The translations under genes and the position numbers were made by a program. This document shows positions 28,709-38,478 of a stretch of 64,000 nucleotides of DNA, in pieces. Source of the stretch: Candidatus Bathyarchaeota archaeon (lineage in GTDB: Archaea; Thermoproteota; Bathyarchaeia; TCS64). Every line of letters begins with the position of its first letter. Position 1 is the first letter of the stretch. The notes under the pieces are model-generated. The model made no database searches. It worked only from the letters and a program-made list of their open reading frames with translations, and had not been told where the DNA came from. The stretch covers positions 32,001-96,000 of the forward strand of contig JBDRQD010000030.1 of the NCBI GenBank assembly GCA_043826455.1, read 5' to 3'.

Positions 28709-29332
28709 ATGGCAACTAAAGTTTACGGTGATAGTATGTTACTCCACAGATACCTTGAAACCCTCCTAGGATCCAAGACCAAAATAAAGATCCTCAGAAC
28801 GCTCCACAGGCACGAAGGAAAAGAATTCACAATAAGAGAACTCTCAAACTTCATCAATACCTCACATACAGGCGTACAAAAAGCACTCCAAGACCTCTAC
28901 GAGATGAACGCGGTAACCCTCAAAGCAGTTGGAAGGTCTCACACAGTGTCACTCAAAGAGGAAAGCCACCTAACCCCAATACTCACCAGCTTATTCAACT
29001 ATGAGGAAGAAACTATTAGGGAACTCCAGAAAGATATCAGAAAACATCTCTGCCATGAACCCACCATAAAACAAGTGAAAATATTCGGCAGCGTAGCCCG
29101 AGGCCAAGAAGAACCTCGAAGCGACATCGACCTCCTAATAATAACCAGCGACAGGGAAAAAACAGAAGAAATCCTCACCGGGTTACAAATCCTGTGTAAC
29201 AATAAATACGGAAACCCCATCATACCCCATATAATAGCAGAGGACGAAAAAAGCAGCCAAAGTCTAATAGAAGAAATACAGGACAAACACATCACCATCT
29301 GCGAGAAAACCCGGGAGATAGAATATGTCTAA
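28709..29332 (+). CDS. wHTH-fused minimal nucleotidyltransferase (MNT antitoxin)
   Basis: N-terminal wHTH; IFGSVARG...SDIDLLII. Confidence 0.88.
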   Translation: MATKVYGDSMLLHRYLETLLGSKTKIKILRTLHRHEGKEFTIRELSNFINTSHTGVQKALQDLYEMNAVTLKAVGRSHTVSLKEESHLTPILTSLFNYEEETIRELQKDIRKHLCHEPTIKQVKIFGSVARGQEEPRSDIDLLIITSDREKTEEILTGLQILCNNKYGNPIIPHIIAEDEKSSQSLIEEIQDKHITICEKTREIEYV

Positions 29333-29726
29333 AACAAGGCATGTAAACAAGGAACTCTACCGAAACTATCTTCAAAAAGCACGTGAAAACTTAGAAACCG
29401 CAAAAGAGTCACTACAAGCCGGACGCTGGAACGCCGCCGTAATAAACGCGGTTCACAGCGGCATAAGCGCAACCGACGCCATAACCGTCTTTATGGTGGG
29501 TGTAAGACACGCAGGAGATAGGCACGAGGATGCTCTTGCGTTACTCCAAACCCTAAATCTACCAAAAGATACACTCAGGGCAAAAAGTAGACAACTGAGT
29601 AGACTACTCAGCATCAAGAACGCCTCTGAGTACGAAGAGAGACTCATCAGGGAAAAAGAGGCGATAGAAGCCGTAAAAGACGCTGAAAGATACTTTGAAT
29701 ATGTGGAAGCTATACTTCACACATAA
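29325..29726 (+). CDS. HEPN-domain toxin
   Basis: YLQKARENL, AVHSGISATDA, GDRH, KNASEY; overlaps MNT stop. Confidence 0.85.
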   Translation: MSKTRHVNKELYRNYLQKARENLETAKESLQAGRWNAAVINAVHSGISATDAITVFMVGVRHAGDRHEDALALLQTLNLPKDTLRAKSRQLSRLLSIKNASEYEERLIREKEAIEAVKDAERYFEYVEAILHT

Positions 29727-29830
29727 CTCATCATCTATTCTTACATTTTAAGAGGAACTTGATCTTAGGTAACCAGCGTCAATAATATATCCCATAGTGG
29801 TCGCAGTCGTCGCCCTGGCCTCCCCAAGTA

Positions 29831-30397
29831 GTGTACGCGTTATACGCAGAGGGCTACCTGTACGCGGACGCCTACATGAGGCTCTACATGCTTCAGTTCA
29901 TCTCCCTCAGGTTAGGTGGAGTAGGTCTGGTAAGCCTCTTAATCGCGTTAAAGGAGACCCGCGTCGTCTTCACCTATTCTCTCATCAACTTTCTGGTAAC
30001 CATCTCCTTGGGACTGGTACTTATACCGGGGCTTGGCGTCAACGGGCAAATAGCATCCATCACTCTAGGCCCGTTAACCGGGCTATCCTACGGGCTATGG
30101 TGGGTTAAGAAAAATCTGGGCATCACAATCGACTTTACAGTCGCATCCAAAACCCTTCTAGCAGCCATCGCCGCCTGCCTCACCACCAACGTATTCGTCT
30201 CTATGTCTAACCTCAACCCCTGGCTCACTTTGCTTATAGACAGAGCCATATGCATGACCGTCTACGTCGCCTCAGTCATCACATTAAAGGTGCTGAACCA
30301 CAGGGACATAGACAACCTAGAGAACATCACCACCGGCCTAGGACCCCTATCGCCGCCCCTAACACACGTACTCAGATTGTTGAAACAGGTCACCTAG
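29831..30397 (+). pseudogene. C-terminal fragment of a second flippase
   Basis: Collinear with the last ~190 aa of 26692..28257 (LVLIP.LG..G, WWVKKNLGITID, DIDNL..IT...GPL). Confidence 0.75.
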
Positions 30398-30489
30398 TAT
30401 GCGCACGCGGCCCCCCTCTCACCCCTTATATTTCACTGAACCCTAGCCACTTTAAACATGTTTTATAATCTCGTCAACCTAAACCAGCA

Positions 30490-30503
30490 TATTGGTACCA
30501 ATA
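30490..30503. repeat. Palindrome TATTGGTACCAATA, copy 3
   Basis: Exact match; extends to ATATTGGTACCAATAT. Confidence 0.97.
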
Positions 30504-31880
30504 TAGCGCCGGGTGCTCACACCCAGCCCAATCAACTCACTTTGGACGCATAAGTGCTATCAAGCTTGATACTGGTTGAATAGCGTCAGTTGTGCCGTTG
30601 AGAAAAAAGGGTGACCTCGCAATGCGGCACATGGTTGGCGGTATCAAAGAAATGGTGTTGATTGGATCTAATTCATTACCTTATCTGTGTTAGCTCTACC
30701 TCGATCCTCTCTGAGACCCACGTGGTCCCTGTAGAGCTCCAGTAGGATTACCCGGAGCTCGCCTCTTCTCAGGGTGGTTGGACAGCAGGGCCTCTCTCAG
30801 GTCGGTGACCTGGTCCGATCCCTTCTTGAATGCTTGGATGTACCTGTCACGCAGGTAAGTGTACATGTCTCCCTCGAGGAGGCTGAGTATGATCCTCAGG
30901 GCTGTACCCCTCACCCTGGCATCAGTTGTCTCCAGGAGCCTCTCCATGGCTCCCTGTGTCGCCTCACGCACCCTGCGCCTCGACTCCTCGCTACCCCTGC
31001 TGAGGATGTTCTGGACAACCTTGGTTAAAGGTTGGATGCTGTGTTGACAATGTGTCATAAGCAGTATAGCGACCTTACAATGTGCTTGTTGAGTGGTTCA
31101 AGGTGAAGCGCATGCGGTTATTGGTGCTGTCAGAGGCTCTACTCTGGGATCGTCTATAGCTCTCGAGGAACTTGAGGCCTTAGGATGCACGCTAGTAGGA
31201 GCGCCCAGGTCCAAGGGAGAACCTGTTGACAGCGGCGATCATGGATGCGAGGATGTCTATATCTTGTTGAGGATCATGCGGGTTATGGCGGCGAAAGCGG
31301 CTGCGTAAGCATCCATGGTGAGAGGTTGCATAGACTGAAGATTTGGGCAGGTGGCGTGGTGAGTTTACTATGAGCTTCGCCCAGTGTTCTCAGGGTATCT
31401 ACGATTTAATGTCTTTTTTCAGATAGACCATAGTACACATTGGGGAGTCCTCGGCCCTCCAGGAAACCAGTTATTGGCTACACGTGTGGGGACCAGGAAC
31501 TCTTCAACGAACTGGTTGAAAAGGTACTTCCTAACCAACGGGTTGGCTGGCGCTCAAGGATTCGCTCAAGACCCTGTTGAGACTGAAGGAACTGGGCATC
31601 GCCGTTGGGAAACCTCCTTTGTAGGTAGGTTCGATAACCATGGGAGCCTAACAGGAACTTGGGTCATAACTACAGCAGGAGCAGCCTTAACCTGAGCCGG
31701 AACCAGTTGGGGAACCTCCTCAACTTAAGCAACAACCTGTTAATGAACCTCAGTAGAACCAGGCTAAGCAACCTAAACCTGAACTTAAACTATACTTACT
31801 AGAAATTCAGTTCCTAGGGACTGGTCCTTCGTGGCCGCCCGTTCAAGTTCAGTTTCAGGTTCCAATAGGGGTATAACAAC

Positions 31881-32235
31881 CGGTTCACAAACTGGTTCAC
31901 TCAGGTTCCTCTCAGGTTTCCTTCGTGTTATGCTCAGGTTTCTCTCAGGTTCAATTTGGCTATCCTCCAGTTATCGCTTGGTTTCCATCAGGCTTTCCCA
32001 TGGTTTCCCTCAGGCTTTCCTCCGGCTTTCGCGTGGCTTCACTAAGGCTTCCTTCAGCTTCCCTTCAGCCTTCGCGTGGCTTCCCTTAGGTTATCCTTCA
32101 GCTATCCCGTGGTTTCCATCAGGCTTCCCTCCAGCTATCCCGTGGTTCCTTCCAGTTGTCACGCGGTTTCCCTCTAGCTATCCTCCAGTTATGCCGTGGC
32201 TCCCCTCAGGTTCAACCAAGTTCACTCTCTAGCTC
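31881..32235. repeat. Degenerate tandem repeat, ~30 units, 11-bp period
   Basis: Units such as AGGTTTCCTTC, TGGTTTCCATC, CAGCTATCCCG, AGGCTTCCCTC. Confidence 0.85.
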
Positions 32236-32359
32236 TGGATACGGCTCTCCAGTTGCTCAGCCAGAAGATGACAGGCTCGTGAGACGTGAACTTGGGGCCC
32301 TTCAACGAGGCGATGTGGGAAAATATTAGGTAGTTACTGGAGCCAAGGTGCCCTACAAC

Positions 32360-32578
32360 TTCCACAGGATAGCCGCCGAGATAAGCCGCCTCAGAGAGGT
32401 CCAGGAGCTCCACCTGATGGCTGGAGAATAGAACTTCATGGTCAAGATCAGGGCCAGGGACAGCGGAGAGGTGGGCAGCTTCGTCATGGACAGGCTTAGG
32501 CTCGTCCAGGGCGTGGAGCGGTGCCTCACGTGTATTGTCTTCGAGACTGTGAAGGAGTCAGCTGATATCCCTATCTGA
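32360..32578 (+). pseudogene. Lrp/AsnC ligand-binding-domain fragment with in-frame TAG
   Basis: IAAEISRLREVQELHLMAGE*NFMVKIRARDSGEVGSFVMDRLRLVQGVERCLTCIVFETVKE; TAG at 32429; no HTH. Confidence 0.75.
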
Positions 32579-32599
32579 GCTTGCCCATTTAACCTAGTT

Positions 32600-32613
32600 T
32601 ATTGGTACCAATA
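32600..32613. repeat. Palindrome TATTGGTACCAATA, copy 4
   Basis: Exact match; shares the 20-mer TAGTTTATTGGTACCAATAG with copy 1. Confidence 0.97.
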
Positions 32614-32685
32614 GGTTCGCCTCTTCACATGTATCATCATCACCTTATGAACGCCAAAGTGCAGCCTTGAAGTATATTTCAAGTG

Positions 32686-32913
32686 TTAGAAACGTTCTAG
32701 TTTACATATCTTGCACGGTTGCCAGATGTAGCGCTGCTTCTGGCTCTCATAGAAGTTGTATGCTTCCTCGACTGTCTTGAAGCTGAACCATCCGCCGGAG
32801 CCCCTCATGGCGCCGACACCCTTGGACAGGGATTCCTCGGGTCTGCAGAAGAGGCAGCTCTCATGGTGGAGCTTCCATATCCTTGTGGGCAAGTCGGCGT
32901 TGAGCCAGAACAT
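32686..32913 (-). CDS. Small Cys/His-containing hypothetical protein
   Basis: LHHESCLFC...GGWFSF...PCKIC. Confidence 0.6.
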   Translation of the reverse strand: MFWLNADLPTRIWKLHHESCLFCRPEESLSKGVGAMRGSGGWFSFKTVEEAYNFYESQKQRYIWQPCKICKLERF

Positions 32914-33017
32914 TGTACGCGGATACGTCCCACGATGGTTAATTATGGTTTATGAATGACTGGTCATAAGCTGCCACGTCTCCTCCGGATGCCCGTAGAG
33001 GGGTATTGATACCCGCA

Positions 33018-33572
33018 TCAGGTGTCCTCGGCTCGCTCACCGGCGATGAGCCGCGCCCCTGTCAACGCCTTCTTGTACACGTCCACGTGCAGCCAGAAGC
33101 CGCACGCTATGAGAAGATCGAGGCACTCCACGAACTCGTCAAAAGTCAAGTGTCCCTCAGCCAAACCATACAACAATACGCCTACAGTGCCCATGGAGCG
33201 CACTCCAAACACCCGGGCCGTCCCAGCTGCCTCCCTCTCATCAACCAGGAAGACTGTGCCCAGCCTCCGGGCCAGGAGGACCGCCTCGGCCTCGCCTGTG
33301 TGCAGCCCGGAGACTGCGACCAGGGCGGAGGCGTCGTCCTCGGCTTCCGCCGAGACCCGTAGCCATCCCTCCGCCAGGGCTTTCCTGATCAGCAAAGAGT
33401 CGGCGGACTCTCCGGAGGAGGCCTCCTCCCTCACCTTCTCCGGTATGAGGATCTCGCCGAAGAGGTGCTTCAGGGTGGAGAGCCTGTTGATCTTTGCCAA
33501 CCAGATTAACGGACTGCTATCGCTAACTGCGCCTGCTTCGCTTGACATACTCCAGGTCACGGTCCAGCTCAT
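33018..33572 (-). CDS. DUF3368-family PIN-like protein (start probably ~33548)
   Basis: VSDSSPLI, LHTGEAEAV, VDEREA, GTVGVL. Confidence 0.85.
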   Translation of the reverse strand: MSWTVTWSMSSEAGAVSDSSPLIWLAKINRLSTLKHLFGEILIPEKVREEASSGESADSLLIRKALAEGWLRVSAEAEDDASALVAVSGLHTGEAEAVLLARRLGTVFLVDEREAAGTARVFGVRSMGTVGVLLYGLAEGHLTFDEFVECLDLLIACGFWLHVDVYKKALTGARLIAGERAEDT

Positions 33573-33843
33573 CTAGCGTATAGGGTACGGGAACCTTACG
33601 CTCCTTCACGATCTCCATAATCTCTCTAAGGGAGAGGCCCGCCATCTCGGAGGCCCTCCAGAGGGTTACCTTACCGTCCCGGTAGTCCTTGACGGCTTCA
33701 TCTATCCTTCTCTGTCGGAGAGCTGCATCCAGTAGACGCCTGATCAACTCGGAGCGATCAACCTTCTCCTTCTTCGCGGTCGCCTCGATCTCCTCAAGCA
33801 TTTCTCTGGAGAGCCTCGCGGTCACTGATTCAAGAGACATCAA
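33523..33843 (-). CDS. RHH + UPF0175-family antitoxin-like protein
   Basis: DRSELIRRLL; YRDGKVTLWRASEMAGLS; YTLDELDRDL. Confidence 0.85.
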   Translation of the reverse strand: MMSLESVTARLSREMLEEIEATAKKEKVDRSELIRRLLDAALRQRRIDEAVKDYRDGKVTLWRASEMAGLSLREIMEIVKERKVPVPYTLDELDRDLEYVKRSRRS

Positions 33844-33933
33844 ACGTCGTGTACAAAAGAATCAATCGCACACTATAAGTATTGCTTTCATACTGACAGC
33901 CTGAGACGAAGCCAGTTTATGCCTTTTCTTCAA

Positions 33934-34284
33934 TCAAGTGGGTTGAGGTTTTCCCGGCATGAGACTTGTTCCGCATTCTGGGCAGAACTTCACCTCGGCT
34001 GAGACACGGCTGCCGCATCCTGGGCATATCACAAGTGTTCTAACAACCTGTTGGGGCGGCTGCGGCTGTATCGGCTGCGAAACAGCCCCTGTCTCGCCTT
34101 TAGACATTAAACCCATGATAAGAAAAACGATTCCAATGAAGGTGACCACAGGTGCAATCCTCGGGTCAAACATTTCTCCGGGAGATAGTAGACCCAGACT
34201 AGGAAGAATCGCCGCGAATACACCCAGACATATAAAGAAGATTCCAAACCCAACGTTGTTTTTATCCATGCCGGGTGCTTCCAA
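33934..34284 (-). CDS. Two-TM protein with C-terminal zinc ribbon
   Basis: Two hydrophobic helices; CPGCG...KFCPECG. Confidence 0.75.
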   Translation of the reverse strand: MEAPGMDKNNVGFGIFFICLGVFAAILPSLGLLSPGEMFDPRIAPVVTFIGIVFLIMGLMSKGETGAVSQPIQPQPPQQVVRTLVICPGCGSRVSAEVKFCPECGTSLMPGKPQPT

Positions 34285-34586
34285 GCTCTTTATGTAAGGA
34301 CTCTAAATAGAGTTTGAGAATTAAGACATATTTAACGCTTCTATAGGGAATACTTGTTTTAAGGGGTTAATCAAAACCTCTTATGAATGTTAAGGAAGGG
34401 TAGAATGCGTTTTACCCCTAGCATCGATCATTAAAATATGTGATTTGTTATCAACTCAACACTTGCAGTCTGGGAAAGGAGGCATCGTGGGTACCCCATC
34501 AGAAATATTCTGGTTTCAGGAAAAGTATACCTTGGAGCAATAAGCTGAGATACTCCTCCCAGCAACTTCTCTCCAACTGAGACACG

Positions 34587-35639
34587 TTAACTGATGGGCG
34601 CGTAAGTGGTCTCACCAACCCGCACGAACCGGGGCTGGTCCGAGGCTATGTCTCTGAAAACCGCGTCGACTCTATACCCCTGGATATCTCCACCAGTGTT
34701 CCACCGGTAGGTCTGATTGAATGGCCCTGTCCAGCTTCGGCTCTCAGGAGCCAGCTGATCCACAACAAGCCTCCTTGGAGTATTCCCGGATCCATCATAG
34801 TACAGTCGGGTCACCTCGTAGCCATACAGCTGATACTTTGAACGATCATAGCTGGAGGTGCCCCACTCAATTAAAACCCGCCTGTTATCCCAGTTAGCCC
34901 TCAGGTTAAGATTGTCAGGCAGCCCCGAGAGTTGGTTCCCGACTCCCATAGGAGGGTTTACCGGGGGTGGTGGGACCCCTATCGTGGAAGGAGGGACGCC
35001 GTGTTCCCCGCTGGGCGCATCAGGTTCTGATGCTAAATATTCTCCAGTACTAATGTAGCGACCACGTTTCTTGGGGTCGAGCCCGTGATGCTTTTTACTT
35101 GCTACGGTGGTCACTATTGAGATGAACATTATCGCAGCGAATACTACCACCGCTGTACCTACGGCGGATGCGGTCGTACCAGTAAACCCAATGGCCTCAC
35201 CTATGAAGGAGAACATGTTCATAATGTCAAGGATCATGTAAGGCCAGCTAGTTCCTCCACCGGATACCCTCTGGACACTCCACCGACCCGCGAGGCCCTG
35301 CCCGTCCACGTATGTCCCCTCTCCTGTGCCGTCTGACTTGATGGCCCCCGAGAAGGTCGCCGACCCGCCGCCATAGGGGGAAGGCCCCGTGAACCTGACG
35401 TTTCCTGCCGAGTCCACGGTCCCGCTCAGGGCCGGCGGGTCACTGGATACGACACCGCTACGTACTATGAAGCCGTTGTTGACGCGGCGGGTCTCCCAGC
35501 CACTGGGCCCGTTGAGGTTATAGGCGTAGTTGTAGACGCCGTCGAAGGACGCGGCCTTAACCATGGTAACGGTATGGACCCGTGTCAGGCCACCCAAGAA
35601 CATGATTATCAAGAACGCGAGAACCTTTTTCCCAGTCAT
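34587..35639 (-). CDS. Exported/membrane hypothetical protein
   Basis: Signal-like N-terminus, Gly-rich beta domain, TM segment, Pro-rich linker. Confidence 0.7.
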   Translation of the reverse strand: MTGKKVLAFLIIMFLGGLTRVHTVTMVKAASFDGVYNYAYNLNGPSGWETRRVNNGFIVRSGVVSSDPPALSGTVDSAGNVRFTGPSPYGGGSATFSGAIKSDGTGEGTYVDGQGLAGRWSVQRVSGGGTSWPYMILDIMNMFSFIGEAIGFTGTTASAVGTAVVVFAAIMFISIVTTVASKKHHGLDPKKRGRYISTGEYLASEPDAPSGEHGVPPSTIGVPPPPVNPPMGVGNQLSGLPDNLNLRANWDNRRVLIEWGTSSYDRSKYQLYGYEVTRLYYDGSGNTPRRLVVDQLAPESRSWTGPFNQTYRWNTGGDIQGYRVDAVFRDIASDQPRFVRVGETTYAPIS

Positions 35640-35768
35640 CCGACCTCACCTAATCTATATCATCCCTATTCCTGTATATATTAACCGATATGAGAAGCCA
35701 AGAATTGTAAAGACATACGAGTAACTTATGGGCTCTCCACGGTAAATACTTCTAATAAAAATGAGGGT

Positions 35769-35996
35769 TTAGAGGACTATCATGGTGATGGTGGACCTCA
35801 CATTCTCTAATCGCCGAATCTTCCAGCTGATGACATCCTTCAGCTCCTGCATAGTCGTCGCTTCGACCATGGTGATGATGTCGTAGACCCCGTAGACCAT
35901 GTACGCCTCCTTCACCTCAGGGATCTTTGAGACCGCTTTGAGTACATCGGCCTCCGCCCCAATCTCCGCGTTGATCAACACATACGCCTTAGCCAA
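35769..35996 (-). CDS. Stand-alone Lrp/AsnC ligand-binding-domain protein
   Basis: AYVLINAE...VYGVYDII...VRSTITMIV. Confidence 0.9.
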   Translation of the reverse strand: MAKAYVLINAEIGAEADVLKAVSKIPEVKEAYMVYGVYDIITMVEATTMQELKDVISWKIRRLENVRSTITMIVL

Positions 35997-36153
35997 ACCA
36001 CCACCGATTCACACTAGCCCGTAAACGTTGATAAACGCTTCTCAACACAGTACTAGCAATATTACACTGGGACATATGAGTGATGGTCTCGATACTCTAT
36101 CAGAGGCTTTGCCCGCGAGCGTTATGTTTCATGAGCCCGGTGTATGTTATTCT

Positions 36154-36762
36154 TTATATCAGGTCTGGGGGAACTTTGTCATGCTGGAAGAATCGGTAGG
36201 TTTCGCAGGTTTCCCCTACGCAGTAGTATCTTGGCCTGCCTTTCCCCATGCAACAGCGTATGCACCTCGCCCGGTCCCGTAAACGTCTGACGGCCCGGTT
36301 TTTCCTTATCCAGAAAAACCGGTAAAAGGCCCTGAACTTGGGGCTCCTAATGACGGGCATCGCGGCGTCGAGCACCGCGTCACGGAGGGCTCCGAGGGGT
36401 CGGAGGTCCACGGACTCTGTGAACCTGTCCTCCTCGGCGCTGTACGCATACACCTTGTCGAAGAGTCCTCGTAGCTGTCTCCAGTCGTGCCTACTGTACT
36501 GGGTCTCCGGGACCACCAGGACGTAGACGTCGGCCCAGGGGGACTGGTTTCTGCGTCGCCCTTTCTCGCGGAGCCTCCTGATGCTGGGCCTGGTCTCGCA
36601 CTCGACGTAAATGCTTCGTCTGCGGCGCATGAATTGTACGTCCGCTCGCTGGCTGCCGCTGCCGCTCCAGGGAACCATTAATGACTCGAACCAGCATTGG
36701 CTTCCCTCCGCCATATGCCGCTCCACGGCCTTCTTGAGGGCTATGTGCAGCTGGGACTCCAT
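36154..36762 (-). CDS. Putative PD-(D/E)xK nuclease-like protein
   Basis: ES.LH..LK, FE, RADV, YVECET; Cys-rich C-terminus. Confidence 0.55.
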   Translation of the reverse strand: MESQLHIALKKAVERHMAEGSQCWFESLMVPWSGSGSQRADVQFMRRRRSIYVECETRPSIRRLREKGRRRNQSPWADVYVLVVPETQYSRHDWRQLRGLFDKVYAYSAEEDRFTESVDLRPLGALRDAVLDAAMPVIRSPKFRAFYRFFWIRKNRAVRRLRDRARCIRCCMGKGRPRYYCVGETCETYRFFQHDKVPPDLI

Positions 36763-36885
36763 CTCAGGTTACTCTCCTAGACCGCGGATATAGGTCTAAC
36801 ATGTGCAGCGCCCAAGTCTGTTTCCTTGATTTCGCAAGACTATTTCTGACCTTGAAAACACTCGATCCTGAACCTGTAGGCTTTG

Positions 36886-37656
36886 CTAGTCTCCGAGTCT
36901 TTCTATGATGCCCTCATAGGTTTTCAGGGCTTTGATGCCCTCCTCGGTGATCCTGTACTTGTATCGGCGGGCCGTGGCCTTCTCCCGGGTGAGGTACCCC
37001 TTGGTTACAAGATCATCAACCATGCTCTTCCCGGGGTTCCACGGGATAACCGTCCTGTTGAGCATCCTGTTCAGCACGGTCTCCCCCTCGTACACCGCCT
37101 TAAGCAGGTCATGGTACCTGTCCATGCTGGAGCGGGCCTTAACCTGGTACACAACCCGTGACCCATCCATCAGCGCATATTTCTCCCTCACCCTGTGGAC
37201 GGCGCCAGCTATCACACCGGCGAAGGCCTCGGCGGTCTCCGCGTCCTTCTCCGAGAAGCGTCCAGGATGGCGGCTCTCGAAGTTGACTGTCCCCAGCACC
37301 TTTCCACCGTGGATAAGTGGGACGCATAGCTCGGACAGCATGGTGAAGCTGTCGCTGCCGTTGCCTGGGAAGTAGTCCGGGTCCTCTCTGGTGTCGTTGA
37401 CCAACTGCGTCTGCCTGGTCTTTATGGTGCGGGCGTTTATGCTGGGCCAGTCCAGGTTCAGGTCCATGATCACTCGTTCGCCTATTGTGCTTACCGACTT
37501 GAGGATGCTGCCCTCTATTACGGCTAGGGCGACCTTGTCTGTGGGTATGACTGAGTACAGCATGGTTGTGGCGAACATGGCCACGTCTTCCAGGGTGTAG
37601 AACTGGTCTAGTGTTTCTCGGGTGAACCTTAGTTTTTCTTCCATATCACCACACAC
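36886..37656 (-). CDS. GAF-domain + winged-helix protein
   Basis: DTREDPDY, SELCVPL, GTVNFES; C-terminal KYRITEEG. Confidence 0.8.
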   Translation of the reverse strand: MCGDMEEKLRFTRETLDQFYTLEDVAMFATTMLYSVIPTDKVALAVIEGSILKSVSTIGERVIMDLNLDWPSINARTIKTRQTQLVNDTREDPDYFPGNGSDSFTMLSELCVPLIHGGKVLGTVNFESRHPGRFSEKDAETAEAFAGVIAGAVHRVREKYALMDGSRVVYQVKARSSMDRYHDLLKAVYEGETVLNRMLNRTVIPWNPGKSMVDDLVTKGYLTREKATARRYKYRITEEGIKALKTYEGIIERLGD

Positions 37657-38089
37657 GCGTGATATTCTGGGAGTCGATTACAATACCCTCTTAAGAGATG
37701 TTCTTATAAGTTTAATGAATTCAGTTACCAGCTTGGTCCTCACCCTCCACTTCCCTGATCTCTCTGATGTCCATCATCAGCAGCGTGAGTGTGAGCATGT
37801 CGCCGCCGATCATGCGGTGCAGGGCCCTGCCCCATACATGGTCCAGCGCCTTCACAAGGGCCTCTTTTATTTGTCCTAGTGGGTTCATTTTTCTCACTTC
37901 AACCTCATCGCGCTTTCATGGCCTGATCATCTGGTTTCAGCGACTCTCCTCCGAGCCTATTTGGATCGAAACCAGCACAACATCCACAATATATACGTGT
38001 TATGGACGGCTCCCCGTACATACGTCGTGCAAAACCTATTTATGGTTTACCCAATCCATCCAATGAAACGGACACTTTAGGGATAAAAC

Positions 38090-38245
38090 ATGCCTGAACT
38101 AAGGGTCACTATACCTGACAAGATGAACGAACTGCTGGACGAGCTCGTGGAGACCGGGCTCTTCACCTCCAAGGCCGACCTGGTCAGGTTCGCCACCGTC
38201 GCCTACCTGAAGGAACTGGGCTGGATCAAGAAACCAGAAGATTAG
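38090..38245 (+). CDS. 51-aa ribbon-helix-helix protein (not in ORF track)
   Basis: Manual translation MPELRVTIPDKMNELLDELVETGLFTSKADLVRFATVAYLKELGWIKKPED. Confidence 0.75.
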   Translation: MPELRVTIPDKMNELLDELVETGLFTSKADLVRFATVAYLKELGWIKKPED

Positions 38246-38478
38246 AGTAGTCCTCTTCTAGCTTGGCTTTTAATCGATAGTGCCCCACAAGGTGAACTGC
38301 TCTACATTCCAAGGGCTTCTCTCCAGGGTGCCGATGACCGTGTCGAAGTCTTCCCGCTCAATGTTCTGCTCGCTGCACACTATCAGCCAGGCTACCTCTT
38401 CTCCTTCCCCTATATGAGGAATTACACCTTGAGACGCTTTCCTTGTAATGACTGTGTCTTGATTGGAAAATCGTTTAT

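Noticed and set aside
30696..31308. ORFs 30696-31058 and 31093-31308 as intact genes
   Set aside because: They look like decayed fragments; the second has only a short nucleoside-phosphorylase-like stretch (ALEELEALG). Not enough support.
31831..32232. 133-aa ORF over the 11-bp tract
   Set aside because: The low-complexity translation follows from an A-poor repeat whose period is not a multiple of 3.
32429..32431. In-frame TAG in the Lrp fragment as possible pyrrolysine readthrough
   Set aside because: The position is normally Trp/Tyr (one base from TGG/TAC), the gene lacks its 5' half, the MtmB homologues have no amber codon, and no pyl genes are seen.
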